Source: Delftia acidovorans NBRC 14950 (lineage in GTDB: Bacteria; Pseudomonadota; Gammaproteobacteria; Burkholderiales; Burkholderiaceae_C). From it: a stretch of DNA of 32,000 nt. Under the pieces are notes generated by a model. That model did no database searches. It saw nothing but the letters and a program-made list of their open reading frames with translations, and had not been told where the DNA came from. The position numbers and the translations under genes are program-made. Where the stretch lies: NCBI RefSeq assembly GCF_001598795.1, contig NZ_BCZP01000019.1, positions 60,001 through 92,000 on the forward strand, read 5' to 3'. Shown here in pieces: positions 9,375 through 18,828 of this stretch; position 1 is the first letter of the stretch, and the number at the start of each line of letters is the position of its first letter.

Positions 9375-10555
9375 CATTCCGGCTTGCGCGGCGGCAGCCC
9401 CATGAACCAGGCCGTGCGGATGCCCGAGGCCACGGCCGCGCCCACCACCCAGAACAGCGCAGACACGCCGATCAGCGCCCCCGCCGAACCGAACAGTACG
9501 GGCATGGCCACGCTGGAGGCATTGATGGCCATGAGCCGCAGGCCCAGCGCCTCGCCATGGCGGTGCTCGGGCGTGATCTGGTGCAGCATGCTCATGACCA
9601 TGGGCTGCACCGAGCCCAGCGAAAAGCCCAGCAGCACCGAGCACACGCCCATGGTCAGTGCCGAGTCCATGAAGGGGTACAGCGCAAAGACGAAGGCGGT
9701 GATGGCCATGGCGCCGGAGATCACGGCGCCTTCGCGCAGGCGCTCGGCCACCAGCGGCATGGCCAGGCGGATGGCGGCGGCCGCCACGGCAAAAATGCCC
9801 AGCAGCGTGCCGATGACCGAGGCGCTCAACCCCTTCTCATGGCCCAGCAGCGGCAGCACGAAGGTGTGCACATCCCAGCATGCCGACTGCAGCCAGTTGA
9901 CCAGCAGCAGGTTGCGGAAGTTGCGGTCGCGCAGCAGGTCCCAGGCATGCTGCTTGGGGCCGCCGATGGGCGCGCGCACGGGCGGCAGCTCCTGCGTGTG
10001 GCGCACCCAGCTCCAGGCCAGCACGGGCACCAGGGCCAGCAGGCCGAAGGCGACGCGGTAGCCCATGGTGCTGCCCTCGCCGCCAAAATTCGCGTGATCG
10101 ATCAGCAGCCCGGTGCTGAAGGGCCCGATGAAGTTGGAGATGGCCGGCCCTATGGCCAGCCAGCTGAACACCTTCTTGAGCGCCAACGCATCGTGGGTGA
10201 CCCGCCCCGCATGGCGCTGCACGGCAATCACCACCGCGCCGCTGGCACCGCCCGTCAGCAGCGCCACCAGGCACAGCACGGGATAGACCGGAAACGCCAG
10301 CGCCAGCGCGCAGCCGCCGCTGGCCGCCAGCATGGACAGGAAAAACGGCTTGCGAAAACCATGCTTGTCCGCAAAGCGCCCGGCCGGCAGCGCCAGGAAC
10401 ACCTGGGTCAGCGCAAACAGCGCCAGCAAGATCCCCACGGCCGCCGCGCTGTAGCCCTGCTGCAGCGCCAGCAAAGGCGCGGCCAGCCGCATGCCGGCCA
10501 TGGTGGCGTGCACGCTGACCTGGGCCATGATGACTTTGAACAGCGCCAGATTCAT
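9374..10555 (-). CDS. MFS transporter (about 12 TM segments)
   Basis: Hydrophobic polytopic protein starting MNLALFKVIMAQVSVHATMAG.., with the MFS-like loop motif GRFADKHGFRKP. The ATG at 10555 lies 1 nt after the rmuC stop. The Arg/Pro-rich extension of the longer ORF to 10747 overlaps rmuC and was rejected. Confidence 0.8.
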   Translation of the reverse strand: MNLALFKVIMAQVSVHATMAGMRLAAPLLALQQGYSAAAVGILLALFALTQVFLALPAGRFADKHGFRKPFFLSMLAASGGCALALAFPVYPVLCLVALLTGGASGAVVIAVQRHAGRVTHDALALKKVFSWLAIGPAISNFIGPFSTGLLIDHANFGGEGSTMGYRVAFGLLALVPVLAWSWVRHTQELPPVRAPIGGPKQHAWDLLRDRNFRNLLLVNWLQSACWDVHTFVLPLLGHEKGLSASVIGTLLGIFAVAAAAIRLAMPLVAERLREGAVISGAMAITAFVFALYPFMDSALTMGVCSVLLGFSLGSVQPMVMSMLHQITPEHRHGEALGLRLMAINASSVAMPVLFGSAGALIGVSALFWVVGAAVASGIRTAWFMGLPPRKPE

Positions 10556-10556
10556 C

Positions 10557-12086
10557 TCAGTCCTGCTCCGACCCTGGCTCCATGCCTGCCGCCGTGTCCT
10601 TGTCGTCCGGCAGACCGGGCAGCCCTGCGCTCGAGGCCGGCGCGGGCAGCTCCTGCACATCGCGCAATTGCCGCTGGATGGCGCGCGTGCGAACACCCAC
10701 CTGCTCGAAGCGCTTGGCGGCGGCATCGATGGATTTGCGCGTGGCATCCACCACTTCGCCGAACTTGGCGAACTCGGTCTTGACCTGTCCCAGCACGGCC
10801 CAGACCTCGGAGGAGCGCTTTTCGATGGCCAGCGTCTTGAAGCCCATCTGCAGGCTGCTGAGCATGGCAGCCAGGTTGGCCGGGCCGGTGACCATCACGC
10901 GGCAGCCGTTTTGCACGGCCTCGACCAGGCCGGGGCGGCGCATGACCTCGGCAAACAGGCCTTCCGTGGGCAGGTAGAGCACGGCAAAGTCCGTGGTGTG
11001 GGGCGGGCTCACATACTTGCCATGGATCTTGCGGGCCTCGAACTTGATCGATGCCTCGAAGGCATTGCCGGCCGAGGCAATTGCGGCCTTGTCGGCCGCA
11101 TCCTGGGCATCCAGCAGACGCTGGTATTGCTCCACCGGGTACTTGGCGTCGATGGGCAGCCAGACCGGCGTCTCGTCGCTGCGCCCGGGCAGGCGGATGG
11201 CGAACTCCACCATGTCGTCGCTGCCGGGCACGGTCTTGACGTTGCGCGCGTATTGCTCGGGCGTGAGCACGTTCTCGATGATGGCGCCCAGCTGCAGCTC
11301 GCCCCAGGTGCCGCGCGTCTTCACATTGGTCATCACGCGCTTGAGGTCGCCCACGCTGCCGGCCAGTGTCTGCATCTCGCCCAGGCCCTTGTGCACCTGC
11401 TCCAGCCGGTCGCTGACCAGCTTGAACGATTCGCCCAGGCGCTGCTCCAGCGTGGCATGCAGCTTCTCGTCCACCGTGCGCCGCATCTCCTCCAGCCGCG
11501 CCGCGTTGTCCGACTGGATGGTGGCCAGGCGCTCGTTGAGCGTGCCGCGCAGCTGCTCGGCATGGACCTGGCTGGATTGCGCCAGCCCGCCCAGCTGCTG
11601 CTGGATGTCGTTCTTGAGGGAGTCCAGCGTGCTGCGCGTGGTCTGCGCCAGCGCCTCGAAGCGCTCCTGCACATGGGCGTTGAAGCGCTGCGTGCTTTCG
11701 CCCTGGGCCTCGCGGGCCTGGGCGCTGTCGGCGGCCAGCCGCACGGTGAGCCGGCCCAGTTCCATGCGAAAGGCTGCCAGCGCCTCGCCCTGCTCGCGCC
11801 GCGCGGCCTGTGCATCGAGCTGGGCCTGGGCCAGATGGGCCTGCAGTTGCTGCGACACGCGGTCCAGCCCGCCGTCGCTCTTGGCCACGGCCATCTGCGT
11901 GGCCTGGGCGCCACGCTCGAGCTGCTGCAGCCGCACATCCAGCATCTGCAGCGCCTGCAGCAACTGCTGCGGCGCCACCCCGTCATCGCGCTGCGCCGAG
12001 CGCCTGCACAGCAGCCAGATCACGGCCGCCTGCCCCAACAGCAGCACGGCCCATGCCGCCCACCACACTCCGGATATCTGGGTCAA
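10557..12086 (-). CDS. rmuC: DNA recombination protein RmuC
   Basis: N-terminal TM segment, a long Gln/Ala/Leu-rich coiled coil, and a conserved C-terminal domain (..WGELQLGAIIENVLTPEQYARNV..AVLYLPTEGLFAEV..). Confidence 0.9.
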   Translation of the reverse strand: MTQISGVWWAAWAVLLLGQAAVIWLLCRRSAQRDDGVAPQQLLQALQMLDVRLQQLERGAQATQMAVAKSDGGLDRVSQQLQAHLAQAQLDAQAARREQGEALAAFRMELGRLTVRLAADSAQAREAQGESTQRFNAHVQERFEALAQTTRSTLDSLKNDIQQQLGGLAQSSQVHAEQLRGTLNERLATIQSDNAARLEEMRRTVDEKLHATLEQRLGESFKLVSDRLEQVHKGLGEMQTLAGSVGDLKRVMTNVKTRGTWGELQLGAIIENVLTPEQYARNVKTVPGSDDMVEFAIRLPGRSDETPVWLPIDAKYPVEQYQRLLDAQDAADKAAIASAGNAFEASIKFEARKIHGKYVSPPHTTDFAVLYLPTEGLFAEVMRRPGLVEAVQNGCRVMVTGPANLAAMLSSLQMGFKTLAIEKRSSEVWAVLGQVKTEFAKFGEVVDATRKSIDAAAKRFEQVGVRTRAIQRQLRDVQELPAPASSAGLPGLPDDKDTAAGMEPGSEQD

Positions 12087-12157
12087 GATCTTGCTTCAGC
12101 TCCATGCAGCGGGAAGCGGCCAGGGCCAGCCTTCCCGCGATTGTCGGGATACGGCAC

Positions 12158-13165
12158 TCAGGCCTTGGCGCGCGCGCCTGCGGCCGCCGCCTCGGGCTGG
12201 TTGACGGGCGTGCGCGGGCCCTTGCCGCTCAGAAAGTCGATCAGGTTGTCGGCTGCCAGCTCGGCCATGGCGCTGCGCGTGCCCATGGTGGCGCTGGCGA
12301 TGTGCGGGGTCAGCACGACATTGGGCACGGTCAACAGGTCGGGATGGACCGAGGGCTCGCCCTCGAACACGTCCAGGCCGGCGGCGGCAATGGTCCTGTC
12401 GCGCAGCGCCCTGGCCAGCGCCGCGTCATCGACGATGCCGCCGCGCGCGATGTTGATCAGCGTGGCCGTGGGCTTCATCCTGGCGATCTCGGCCGCGCCT
12501 ATGGTGTGGTGGTTTTCCTTGGTGTAGGGCAGCACCAGCACCACATGGTCGGCCATGGCCAGCAGTTCGTCCTTGCCCACGTAGCCGGCCTTGCATTCGG
12601 CTTCCAGCTCGGGCGACAGTCGCGAGCGGTTGTGATAGACCACCTTCATGCCGAAGCCATGCGCACCGCGCCGGGCAATGCCCTGGCCGATGCGGCCCAT
12701 GCCGATGATGCCCAGCGTGCTGCCGTGCACTTCCGAGCCGGCGAACAGGTCGTAGCGCCAGGAGTTCCACTTTCCGGCGCGCAGGTAGTGCTCGCTCTCG
12801 GTCACGCGGCGGGCCGTGGCCATGAGCAGGGCGAAGCCGAAGTCGGCCGTGGTCTCGGTCAGCACGTCGGGCGCGTTCGTGCCCTGCACGCCCGCTGCCG
12901 TCATCGCGGGCACGTCGAAGTTGTTGTAGCCCACGGCCATGTTGGCCACGACCTTCAGGCGCGGGCAGGCCGCCAGCAGTGCCGCATCGATGGTCTGCGA
13001 GCCCGTGGTCAGCACACCGTCCTTGTCCTGCAGATGCGCGGCCAGCTCCTGCGGGCTCCAGACCACGTCGTCCTGGTTGGACTCGACCTCGAAGTGCTGC
13101 TCCAGCTTGCGCACCACCTCGGGCGGGATGGCGCGGGCGATCAGGATGCGGGGTTTGCTTGCCAT
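12158..13165 (-). CDS. D-isomer-specific 2-hydroxyacid dehydrogenase (glyoxylate/hydroxypyruvate reductase-like)
   Basis: NAD-binding motif GIIGMGRIGQGIARR. Catalytic-region motifs NIARGGIVD and TPHIASAT are present. Confidence 0.85.
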   Translation of the reverse strand: MASKPRILIARAIPPEVVRKLEQHFEVESNQDDVVWSPQELAAHLQDKDGVLTTGSQTIDAALLAACPRLKVVANMAVGYNNFDVPAMTAAGVQGTNAPDVLTETTADFGFALLMATARRVTESEHYLRAGKWNSWRYDLFAGSEVHGSTLGIIGMGRIGQGIARRGAHGFGMKVVYHNRSRLSPELEAECKAGYVGKDELLAMADHVVLVLPYTKENHHTIGAAEIARMKPTATLINIARGGIVDDAALARALRDRTIAAAGLDVFEGEPSVHPDLLTVPNVVLTPHIASATMGTRSAMAELAADNLIDFLSGKGPRTPVNQPEAAAAGARAKA

Positions 13166-13202
13166 GTCTGTCTCTTTCCTTGTCTTGGCGGGAGGCGGTT
13201 CT

Positions 13203-14630
13203 TCAGCGGAACCAGATGAAGCTCATCAATACGAACAGCGGCACCAGAATGCCCAGCGACCAGGCCATGTAGCCGAAGAAGCTGGGCATCTTCACGCCGC
13301 GCTCCTCGGCAATGGCCTTGACCATCAGATTGGGCGCGTTGCCGATATAGGTGTTGGCACCCATGAACACCGCGCCCGCGGAGATGGCCGCCAGCGTGGA
13401 GGCCATCGTGGTCATCAGCTGCGCGGCGTCGCCCCCTGCGGTATTGAAGAACACCAGGTAGGTCGGTGCGTTGTCGAGGAAGGAGGACAGCAGGCCCGTG
13501 GCCCAGAAGTACATCAGCGGATCGGGCGTGCCGTCGGCGCGCGTGACGGCGCCCACGATGGCGCCGAACGGCCCGCCCGTGCCCGCCTTGAGCATGGCGA
13601 TCACGGGGATGATGGTCAAGAAGATGCCCGCGAACAGCTTGGCCACTTCCTGCATCGGCCCCCAGCCGAATTCGTTGGCCTGGTGCACGCTGCGCGGCGT
13701 GAGCCGCAGGGACAGCAGCGCCACCACGATCAGGCCCGCATCGCGCACCAGCCCCGGCAGGCCCACATGCGTGCCGGCCAGCACCAGCCCCGCATCGGTG
13801 CGCCACAGGCCGCTCATCAGCACCAGGGCCACCACGGCCAGCAGCAACGCGAAGTTCACGCTGCCATCGAAGCCCAGGCGGCTGGCGCGGCCCGAGGCGT
13901 CGATGCTGGGCGTGGGATCGGGCAGGTCCGCCTCGCCGGCCTTGCGCAGCAGCCAGGTGTCGATCGCGTAGAACAGCGCCAGCAGCACGCCGACCAGGAA
14001 CAGGGTCTCGGTGAAGATGTGGCGCACCGTCCAGAAGAAGTCCACGCCCTTGAGAAAGCCCAGGAACAGCGGCGGGTCGCCCAGCGGCGTCAGCGAGCCT
14101 CCGGCATTGGAGACGATGAAGATGAAGAACACCACCACATGCACCTGGTGCCTGCGGTTGTCGTTGGCGCGCAGCAGCGGCCGGATCAGCAGCATCGATG
14201 CGCCCGTGGTTCCCATGAAGCTGGCCAGCACGGCGCCGATGGCCAGGATGGCCGTGTTCAGCCCCGGCGAGCCCTTGAGATTGCCGCGCACATAGATGCC
14301 GCCAGACACCGTGTACAGCGCCGTCAGCAGGATCACGAAGGGCAGGTACTCGGCCAGCAGCGCATGCACCAGGTTGGCCAGGGCCGCACCCGCACCGAAC
14401 ACCGCTGCAAAGGGCAGCAGGAAGGCCAGCGCCCAGGCCGCCGTCAACTTGCCGAAATGCCGGTGCCAGAAATGCGGCGCCGCCAGCGGCACCAGGGCAA
14501 TCGACAACAGCATGCCCGCAAAGGGCACGCCCCAGAGCACCGACAGCTGGCCGCCATCGATCTCGGCCGCCAGGGCCCAGGAGGGCACGCAGGCGACGAG
14601 CAGCACCAACAATCCACGCAAGGCCTTCAT
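13203..14630 (-). CDS. Ion transporter of the ArsB/NhaD/CitMHS-type permease superfamily (sodium:proton antiporter-like)
   Basis: Polytopic membrane protein with a signal-like N-terminus (MKALRGLLVLLVACVPSWALA). The ATG at 14630 is preceded by a GGAG-containing RBS. The alternative start at 14660 is less likely. The family call is by resemblance only. Confidence 0.65.
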   Translation of the reverse strand: MKALRGLLVLLVACVPSWALAAEIDGGQLSVLWGVPFAGMLLSIALVPLAAPHFWHRHFGKLTAAWALAFLLPFAAVFGAGAALANLVHALLAEYLPFVILLTALYTVSGGIYVRGNLKGSPGLNTAILAIGAVLASFMGTTGASMLLIRPLLRANDNRRHQVHVVVFFIFIVSNAGGSLTPLGDPPLFLGFLKGVDFFWTVRHIFTETLFLVGVLLALFYAIDTWLLRKAGEADLPDPTPSIDASGRASRLGFDGSVNFALLLAVVALVLMSGLWRTDAGLVLAGTHVGLPGLVRDAGLIVVALLSLRLTPRSVHQANEFGWGPMQEVAKLFAGIFLTIIPVIAMLKAGTGGPFGAIVGAVTRADGTPDPLMYFWATGLLSSFLDNAPTYLVFFNTAGGDAAQLMTTMASTLAAISAGAVFMGANTYIGNAPNLMVKAIAEERGVKMPSFFGYMAWSLGILVPLFVLMSFIWFR

Positions 14631-14691
14631 GGTCCCGTCTCCTCTTTGTTCTGTCTTCACTGTCCGCTCCTGGCAGCGGGCCGCGCAGCGA

Positions 14692-15912
14692 TCAAGTCTG
14701 TGCCGCGGGCGCCGCGATCTCGAACACCTGGCGCAGATAGGCCAGGTATTTCTCGTCGTCGCACATGCTCTTGCCCGGCGTGTCCGAGAGCTTGGCCACG
14801 GGCTGGCCGTTGCAGCGCGTCATCTTGATGACGATCTGCAGCGGCACATGGTCGGGCGCGTCGCCCAGGTCATTGGTCAGGTTGGTGCCGATGCCAAAGG
14901 CCAGCTGGCAGCGCCCGTGGAAGCGCTGGAACAGCTCGATGGTGCGCGGCACCGTCAGGCCATCGCTGAAGATCAGCGTCTTGGTCAGCGGGTCGATGCG
15001 GTTGGCGCGGTAGTGGGCCAGCAGCCGCTCGCCCCACTCGAACGGGTCCCCGCTGTCATGGCGCGCGCCATCGAAGAGCTTGCAGAAGTACAGGTCGAAA
15101 TCGCGCAGGAAGGCCGACATGCCGTAGACATCCGACAGCGCAATGCCCAGGTCGCCCCGGTACTCGCGCGCCCAGGACTCGAAGCCGAAGATCTGGCTGT
15201 CGCGCAGGCGCGGGCCCAGGGACTGGCAGGCCTGCAGGTATTCATGGGCCAGCGTGCCCAGGGGCCGCACGCCCAGCTTCATGGCATACAGCACGTTGCT
15301 GGTGCCCGCGAACTGCCCCTCGGACTCCGCGGATGCGCCGGGCCGGCCCAGGCGTGCGCACAGCACACGCAGCACCTCTTCATGCCAGGCCCGCGAAAAG
15401 CGGCGGCGCGTGCCGTAGTCGGCAATCTTGAGCTGCTCCAGGCCCGGCTGCTGCAGCAGCGCGATCTTGGCATCCAGCCGGTGCCGGCCCTCGGGAAAAT
15501 CGGGCACCGGCTGGGTGTTGCGGAAGTACACCTCGTTGACGATGGCAAGCACGGGAATCTCGAACAAGATGGTGTGCAGCCAGGGCCCGCGGATGGTGAT
15601 GTCGATCTCGCCATTGGGCAGCGCCTGCACCGTGACGCACTTCTCGTTGAGGTGGAACAGGCTCAGGAAATCGACGAAATCGCTCTTGATGAAGCGCAGC
15701 GAGCTCAGGTAGGCCAGCTCTGCATCCTGGAACCGCAGGCTGCACAGCGAGCGGATCTCGGCCCGGATCTCGTTCACATAGGGCGCAAGCTGCACGCCGG
15801 GATTGCGGCACTTGAAACGGTACTCGACCTGTGCCCCGGGAAACTGGTGCAGCACCACCTGCATCATCGTGAATTTGTACAGGTCGGTATCGAGCAGGCT
15901 GGTGATGATCAT
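14692..15912 (-). CDS. pncB: Nicotinate phosphoribosyltransferase
   Basis: Canonical N-terminus [25 protein letters not shown] begins at the ATG at 15912. The product is ~406 aa. The Arg/Cys-rich extension of the longer ORF to 16158 was rejected. Confidence 0.9.
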   Translation of the reverse strand: MIITSLLDTDLYKFTMMQVVLHQFPGAQVEYRFKCRNPGVQLAPYVNEIRAEIRSLCSLRFQDAELAYLSSLRFIKSDFVDFLSLFHLNEKCVTVQALPNGEIDITIRGPWLHTILFEIPVLAIVNEVYFRNTQPVPDFPEGRHRLDAKIALLQQPGLEQLKIADYGTRRRFSRAWHEEVLRVLCARLGRPGASAESEGQFAGTSNVLYAMKLGVRPLGTLAHEYLQACQSLGPRLRDSQIFGFESWAREYRGDLGIALSDVYGMSAFLRDFDLYFCKLFDGARHDSGDPFEWGERLLAHYRANRIDPLTKTLIFSDGLTVPRTIELFQRFHGRCQLAFGIGTNLTNDLGDAPDHVPLQIVIKMTRCNGQPVAKLSDTPGKSMCDDEKYLAYLRQVFEIAAPAAQT

Positions 15913-16027
15913 GGACAGAGCCGGGCGGTAAGCGCCCAAGCGGTCAGATGGCAGACAGCTTTCGAGTGTAGGCCATCCACACGCCGCCGCGCTGCGAGCG
16001 GGCGCCTTGCATGCGCCCCGAACGCCA

Positions 16028-16489
16028 TCAACCGCGCAGCAACGGCTCCAGCACCCGGCGCAGCGCCTGCGGAATCTGGGCAGGCCGGCGCGTCTGCCGG
16101 TCCACATAGACATGGACGAAATGCCCGGCTGCGGCCGACAGCGGCTCACCCTGTGCAAACAGCCCCACCTCGTAGCGCACGCTGGAGCCGCCGATGCGGG
16201 CCACGCGGATGCCGGCCTCCACCTCCTGCGGAAAGGCCAGCGGGGCGAAGTAATTGCATTGGGTCTCTATGACCAGTCCTATCGTCTCGCCCGCATGAAT
16301 GTCCAGCGCGCCCTGCTCTATCAGATGGGCATTCACCGCCGTATCGAACCAGCTGTAATAGACAACGTTGTTGACGTGCCCGTAGACATCGTTGTCCGAC
16401 CAGCGCGTGCTGATGCGTCGGAATGCCGCATAGGCCGAACGGGGCTGCGGCGCGGGGCGGCTCGGGGGCGATTCATTCATGGCGGCCAT
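16028..16489 (-). CDS. Acyl-CoA thioesterase, 4HBT/YbgC-type hotdog fold
   Basis: Active-site region [21 protein letters not shown] and a hotdog-fold length. The start is ambiguous (ATG at 16489 or 16480). Confidence 0.75.
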   Translation of the reverse strand: MAAMNESPPSRPAPQPRSAYAAFRRISTRWSDNDVYGHVNNVVYYSWFDTAVNAHLIEQGALDIHAGETIGLVIETQCNYFAPLAFPQEVEAGIRVARIGGSSVRYEVGLFAQGEPLSAAAGHFVHVYVDRQTRRPAQIPQALRRVLEPLLRG

Positions 16490-16663
16490 TGTGCCGCCGG
16501 CCGAATGCGCCCTGTCCCCGGACACTGTCGCCATCACGACGCGCACTGCTGCCAATCACTCGCCAAGCGAGTAAGCATGCAAACTGAAAAATGTCGTCAA
16601 ACCGACATAAAACCAATTCAAAATCAAAGACTTACAAAAAACCCACAGCTTTCCGAATTTTTT

Positions 16664-16737
16664 TGCTGCACCGCAGCATCAGGTACTTGATTCCTTTTTT
16701 GCAATCCCTACAATAAGACCCATGCTGCACTGCAACA
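16664..16737 (+). promoter_or_regulatory. Phasin promoter (TTGATT-N16-TACAAT) flanked by two TGCTGCAC-N-GCA-N-CA operator-like sites
   Basis: The -35 TTGATT lies at 16687-16692 and the -10 TACAAT at 16709-16714. TGCTGCACCGCAGCA (palindromic) lies at 16664-16678 and TGCTGCACTGCAACA at 16723-16737. The region is AT-rich in a GC-rich genome. Confidence 0.45.
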
Positions 16738-16812
16738 TGACACTCAGTCAGGTCAGCGCAGGCAATTCCCCGTAACCCGAGACCCCTGTGGTCCGTTTTT
16801 CTGGAGACTGAC

Positions 16813-17361
16813 ATGAGCTTGACCCCTGACCAAATCCTGAGCGCACAAAAGGCCAACCTGGAAACCCTGTTCGGCCTGACGAGCAAGGCCTTCGAAGGCG
16901 TTGAAAAGCTGGTGGAACTGAATGTGACCGCCTCGCGCGCCGCACTGACCGAAGCTGCCCAGCACACCCAGGCTGTCCTGAGCGTCAAGGACGCACAGGA
17001 ACTGCTGTCGCTGCAGGCCAACCTGTTCCAGCCCCTGGCTGAAAAGACCGCTGCCTACAGCCGTCACCTGTACGACATCGCCAGCGGCACCGGCGCCGAA
17101 CTGGCCAAGACCTTCGAAAGCCAGGCTTCCGACCTGCAAAAGAACTTCAGCGCCCTGGTGGACACCACGGCCAAGAACGCACCCGCCGGTTCCGAAACCG
17201 CCGTTGCCGTGATGAAGAGCGCCGTGTCGGCTGCCAACAATGCCTTCGAGTCGGTGCAAAAGGCCGTCAAGCAGGCTTCGGACCTGGCGGAAGCCAACTT
17301 CACGGCCGTGACCAACACCGCCAACGAAGCCGTCCAGTCGGCCCAGACCCGCAAGCGTTGA
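16813..17361 (+). CDS. phaP: Phasin (PHA granule-associated protein)
   Basis: Typical phasin N-terminus ([31 protein letters not shown]). The protein is Ala-rich and predicted helical, and GGAG precedes the ATG. Confidence 0.85.
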
Positions 17362-17492
17362 TCACGCTGTCTTACAACGGGGCTGCGTGCAAGAATCAGT
17401 GATTACCCGCATAATTGCACGCATCCCGGGTCGAAAGACCTGACCAGTTGTCTCCTTGGATCCTCTTGAAACCCCCGTTTCTGGATCCTTTC

Positions 17493-17521
17493 AAACCCAG
17501 TCTTTGGACTGGGTTTTTTTT
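17493..17521 (+). terminator. Rho-independent terminator 130 nt downstream of the phasin stop
   Basis: Stem CCCAGTC (17496-17502), loop TTTG, stem GACTGGG (17507-17513), followed by a T8 run. Confidence 0.8.
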
Positions 17522-17650
17522 CGCGCGCCATGGCTCGCGGCCCACCAGGGACCACCGCGCACAAGCCCTTAGACGGGCCCCACCCTTTATTAAGAACAAT
17601 TCGCGTTTGACCTATCATCGCGCTTTGCCAACAAAGAGAGGCCTGTCTTC

Positions 17651-18697
17651 ATGTCGAAATCCCTGAAAGCCCTGTTTGCCGCTTGCGCCCTGGTGGCTGC
17701 CGGCACAGCCATTGCCGACTCCCAGGTCGTCAACCTCTATTCCGCGCGCCACTACTCCACGGACGAGGAGCTGTACAACGGCTTCACCAAGGCCACCGGC
17801 ATCAAGATCAACCGCGTGGACGGCGACGACGCCGGCATCATTGCGCGCCTGAAGGCCGAGGGCCAGGCCTCGCCGGCCGACGTGATCCTGCTGGTCGATG
17901 CCGCACGCCTGTACCGCGGCGAGGTCGATGGCCTGTTCCAGCCCATCCACTCCAAGCTGCTGGAAGACGCCATCCCCTCCAACCTGCGCGCCCAGCCCAC
18001 GGCCGATGGCATCAGCTGGTTCGGCCTGTCCACACGTGCCCGCGTCATCGTCTACAACAAGGCCAAGGTCCAGCCTGCCGACGTGCAGAACTACGAATCG
18101 CTGGCCGACCCCAAGTTCAAGGGCCAGCTGTGCATCCGCTCGGGCTCGCATCCCTACAACCTGAGCCTGTTCGGCACCGTGGTCGAGCACATGGGCGACC
18201 AGAAGGCCGAAGGCTGGATCCAGGGCATGAAGGCCAACCTGGCCCGCCCGCCCAAGGGTGGCGACACCGACCAGATCAAGGCCGTGGCCTCGGGCGAATG
18301 CACCATCGGCGTGACCAACAGCTACTACCTGGCGCGCATGATGCGCTCGGGCAAGCCTGAGGACCAGGCCGTGGTCGGCAAGATCGGCGTGGTCTTCCCC
18401 AACCAGTCCAGCTGGGGCACGCACCTGAACATCGCGGGCGGCGCCGTGGCACGCCATGCCAAGAACAAGGACAACGCCGTCAAGTTCCTGGAGTACCTGG
18501 CCAGCCCCGCCGCCCAGAACTACTTTGCCAACGGCAACAACGAGTGGCCCGCAGCCAAGGGCGTGGAACTGGACAACCCTGCCCTCAAGGAGATGACCGG
18601 CGGCAAGCCCTTCAAGAGCGAGACCATCCCGATCACGGCCGTGGGCAAGAACATGACCAAGGTCCAGCAAATGCTGGACCGTGCCGGGTTCCAGTAA
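17651..18697 (+). CDS. Fe(3+) ABC-transporter substrate-binding protein (FbpA/AfuA-like), no cognate permease or ATPase nearby
   Basis: Signal peptide followed by VVNLYSARHYSTDEELYNGFTKATGIKIN. The conserved Tyr-Tyr iron-ligand region is present (VTNSYYLARM). Confidence 0.8.
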   Translation: MSKSLKALFAACALVAAGTAIADSQVVNLYSARHYSTDEELYNGFTKATGIKINRVDGDDAGIIARLKAEGQASPADVILLVDAARLYRGEVDGLFQPIHSKLLEDAIPSNLRAQPTADGISWFGLSTRARVIVYNKAKVQPADVQNYESLADPKFKGQLCIRSGSHPYNLSLFGTVVEHMGDQKAEGWIQGMKANLARPPKGGDTDQIKAVASGECTIGVTNSYYLARMMRSGKPEDQAVVGKIGVVFPNQSSWGTHLNIAGGAVARHAKNKDNAVKFLEYLASPAAQNYFANGNNEWPAAKGVELDNPALKEMTGGKPFKSETIPITAVGKNMTKVQQMLDRAGFQ

Positions 18698-18717
18698 CCC
18701 CCATCGCGCCCATCACC

Positions 18718-18742
18718 AGCCCGGCACTGCCGGGCTTTTTCT
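18718..18742 (+). terminator. Rho-independent terminator of the Fe(3+)-binding protein gene
   Basis: Stem AGCCCGG (18718-18724) pairs with CCGGGCT (18730-18736) around a 5-nt loop, followed by TTTTTCTT. Confidence 0.8.
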
Positions 18743-18828
18743 TGGGCGCGACATGGCTGCGGCCGGGGCTGCATGCATAATTTGAGAGTTACGTTTACGT
18801 CAACGTCAGATAACCAAGGAGACATTCC

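Noticed and set aside
9374-10747. N-terminal extensions of the maximal ORFs: MFS to 10747, pncB to 16158, exporter to 22398, pvdA-like from 24547, mrpC from 4528, ComEA-like from 1246 and mrpF from 7501.
   Set aside because: The extensions are Arg/Pro/Cys-rich and overlap the neighbouring gene or the intergenic region. They precede internal ATGs that match the canonical family N-termini and have better RBS spacing.
17585-17625. Possible Fur box (TTATTAAGAACAATTCGCG) upstream of the Fe(3+)-binding protein gene.
   Set aside because: Only about half of the positions match the 7-1-7 Fur motif and there is no clear dyad symmetry. It is mentioned in a finding but not annotated as a feature.
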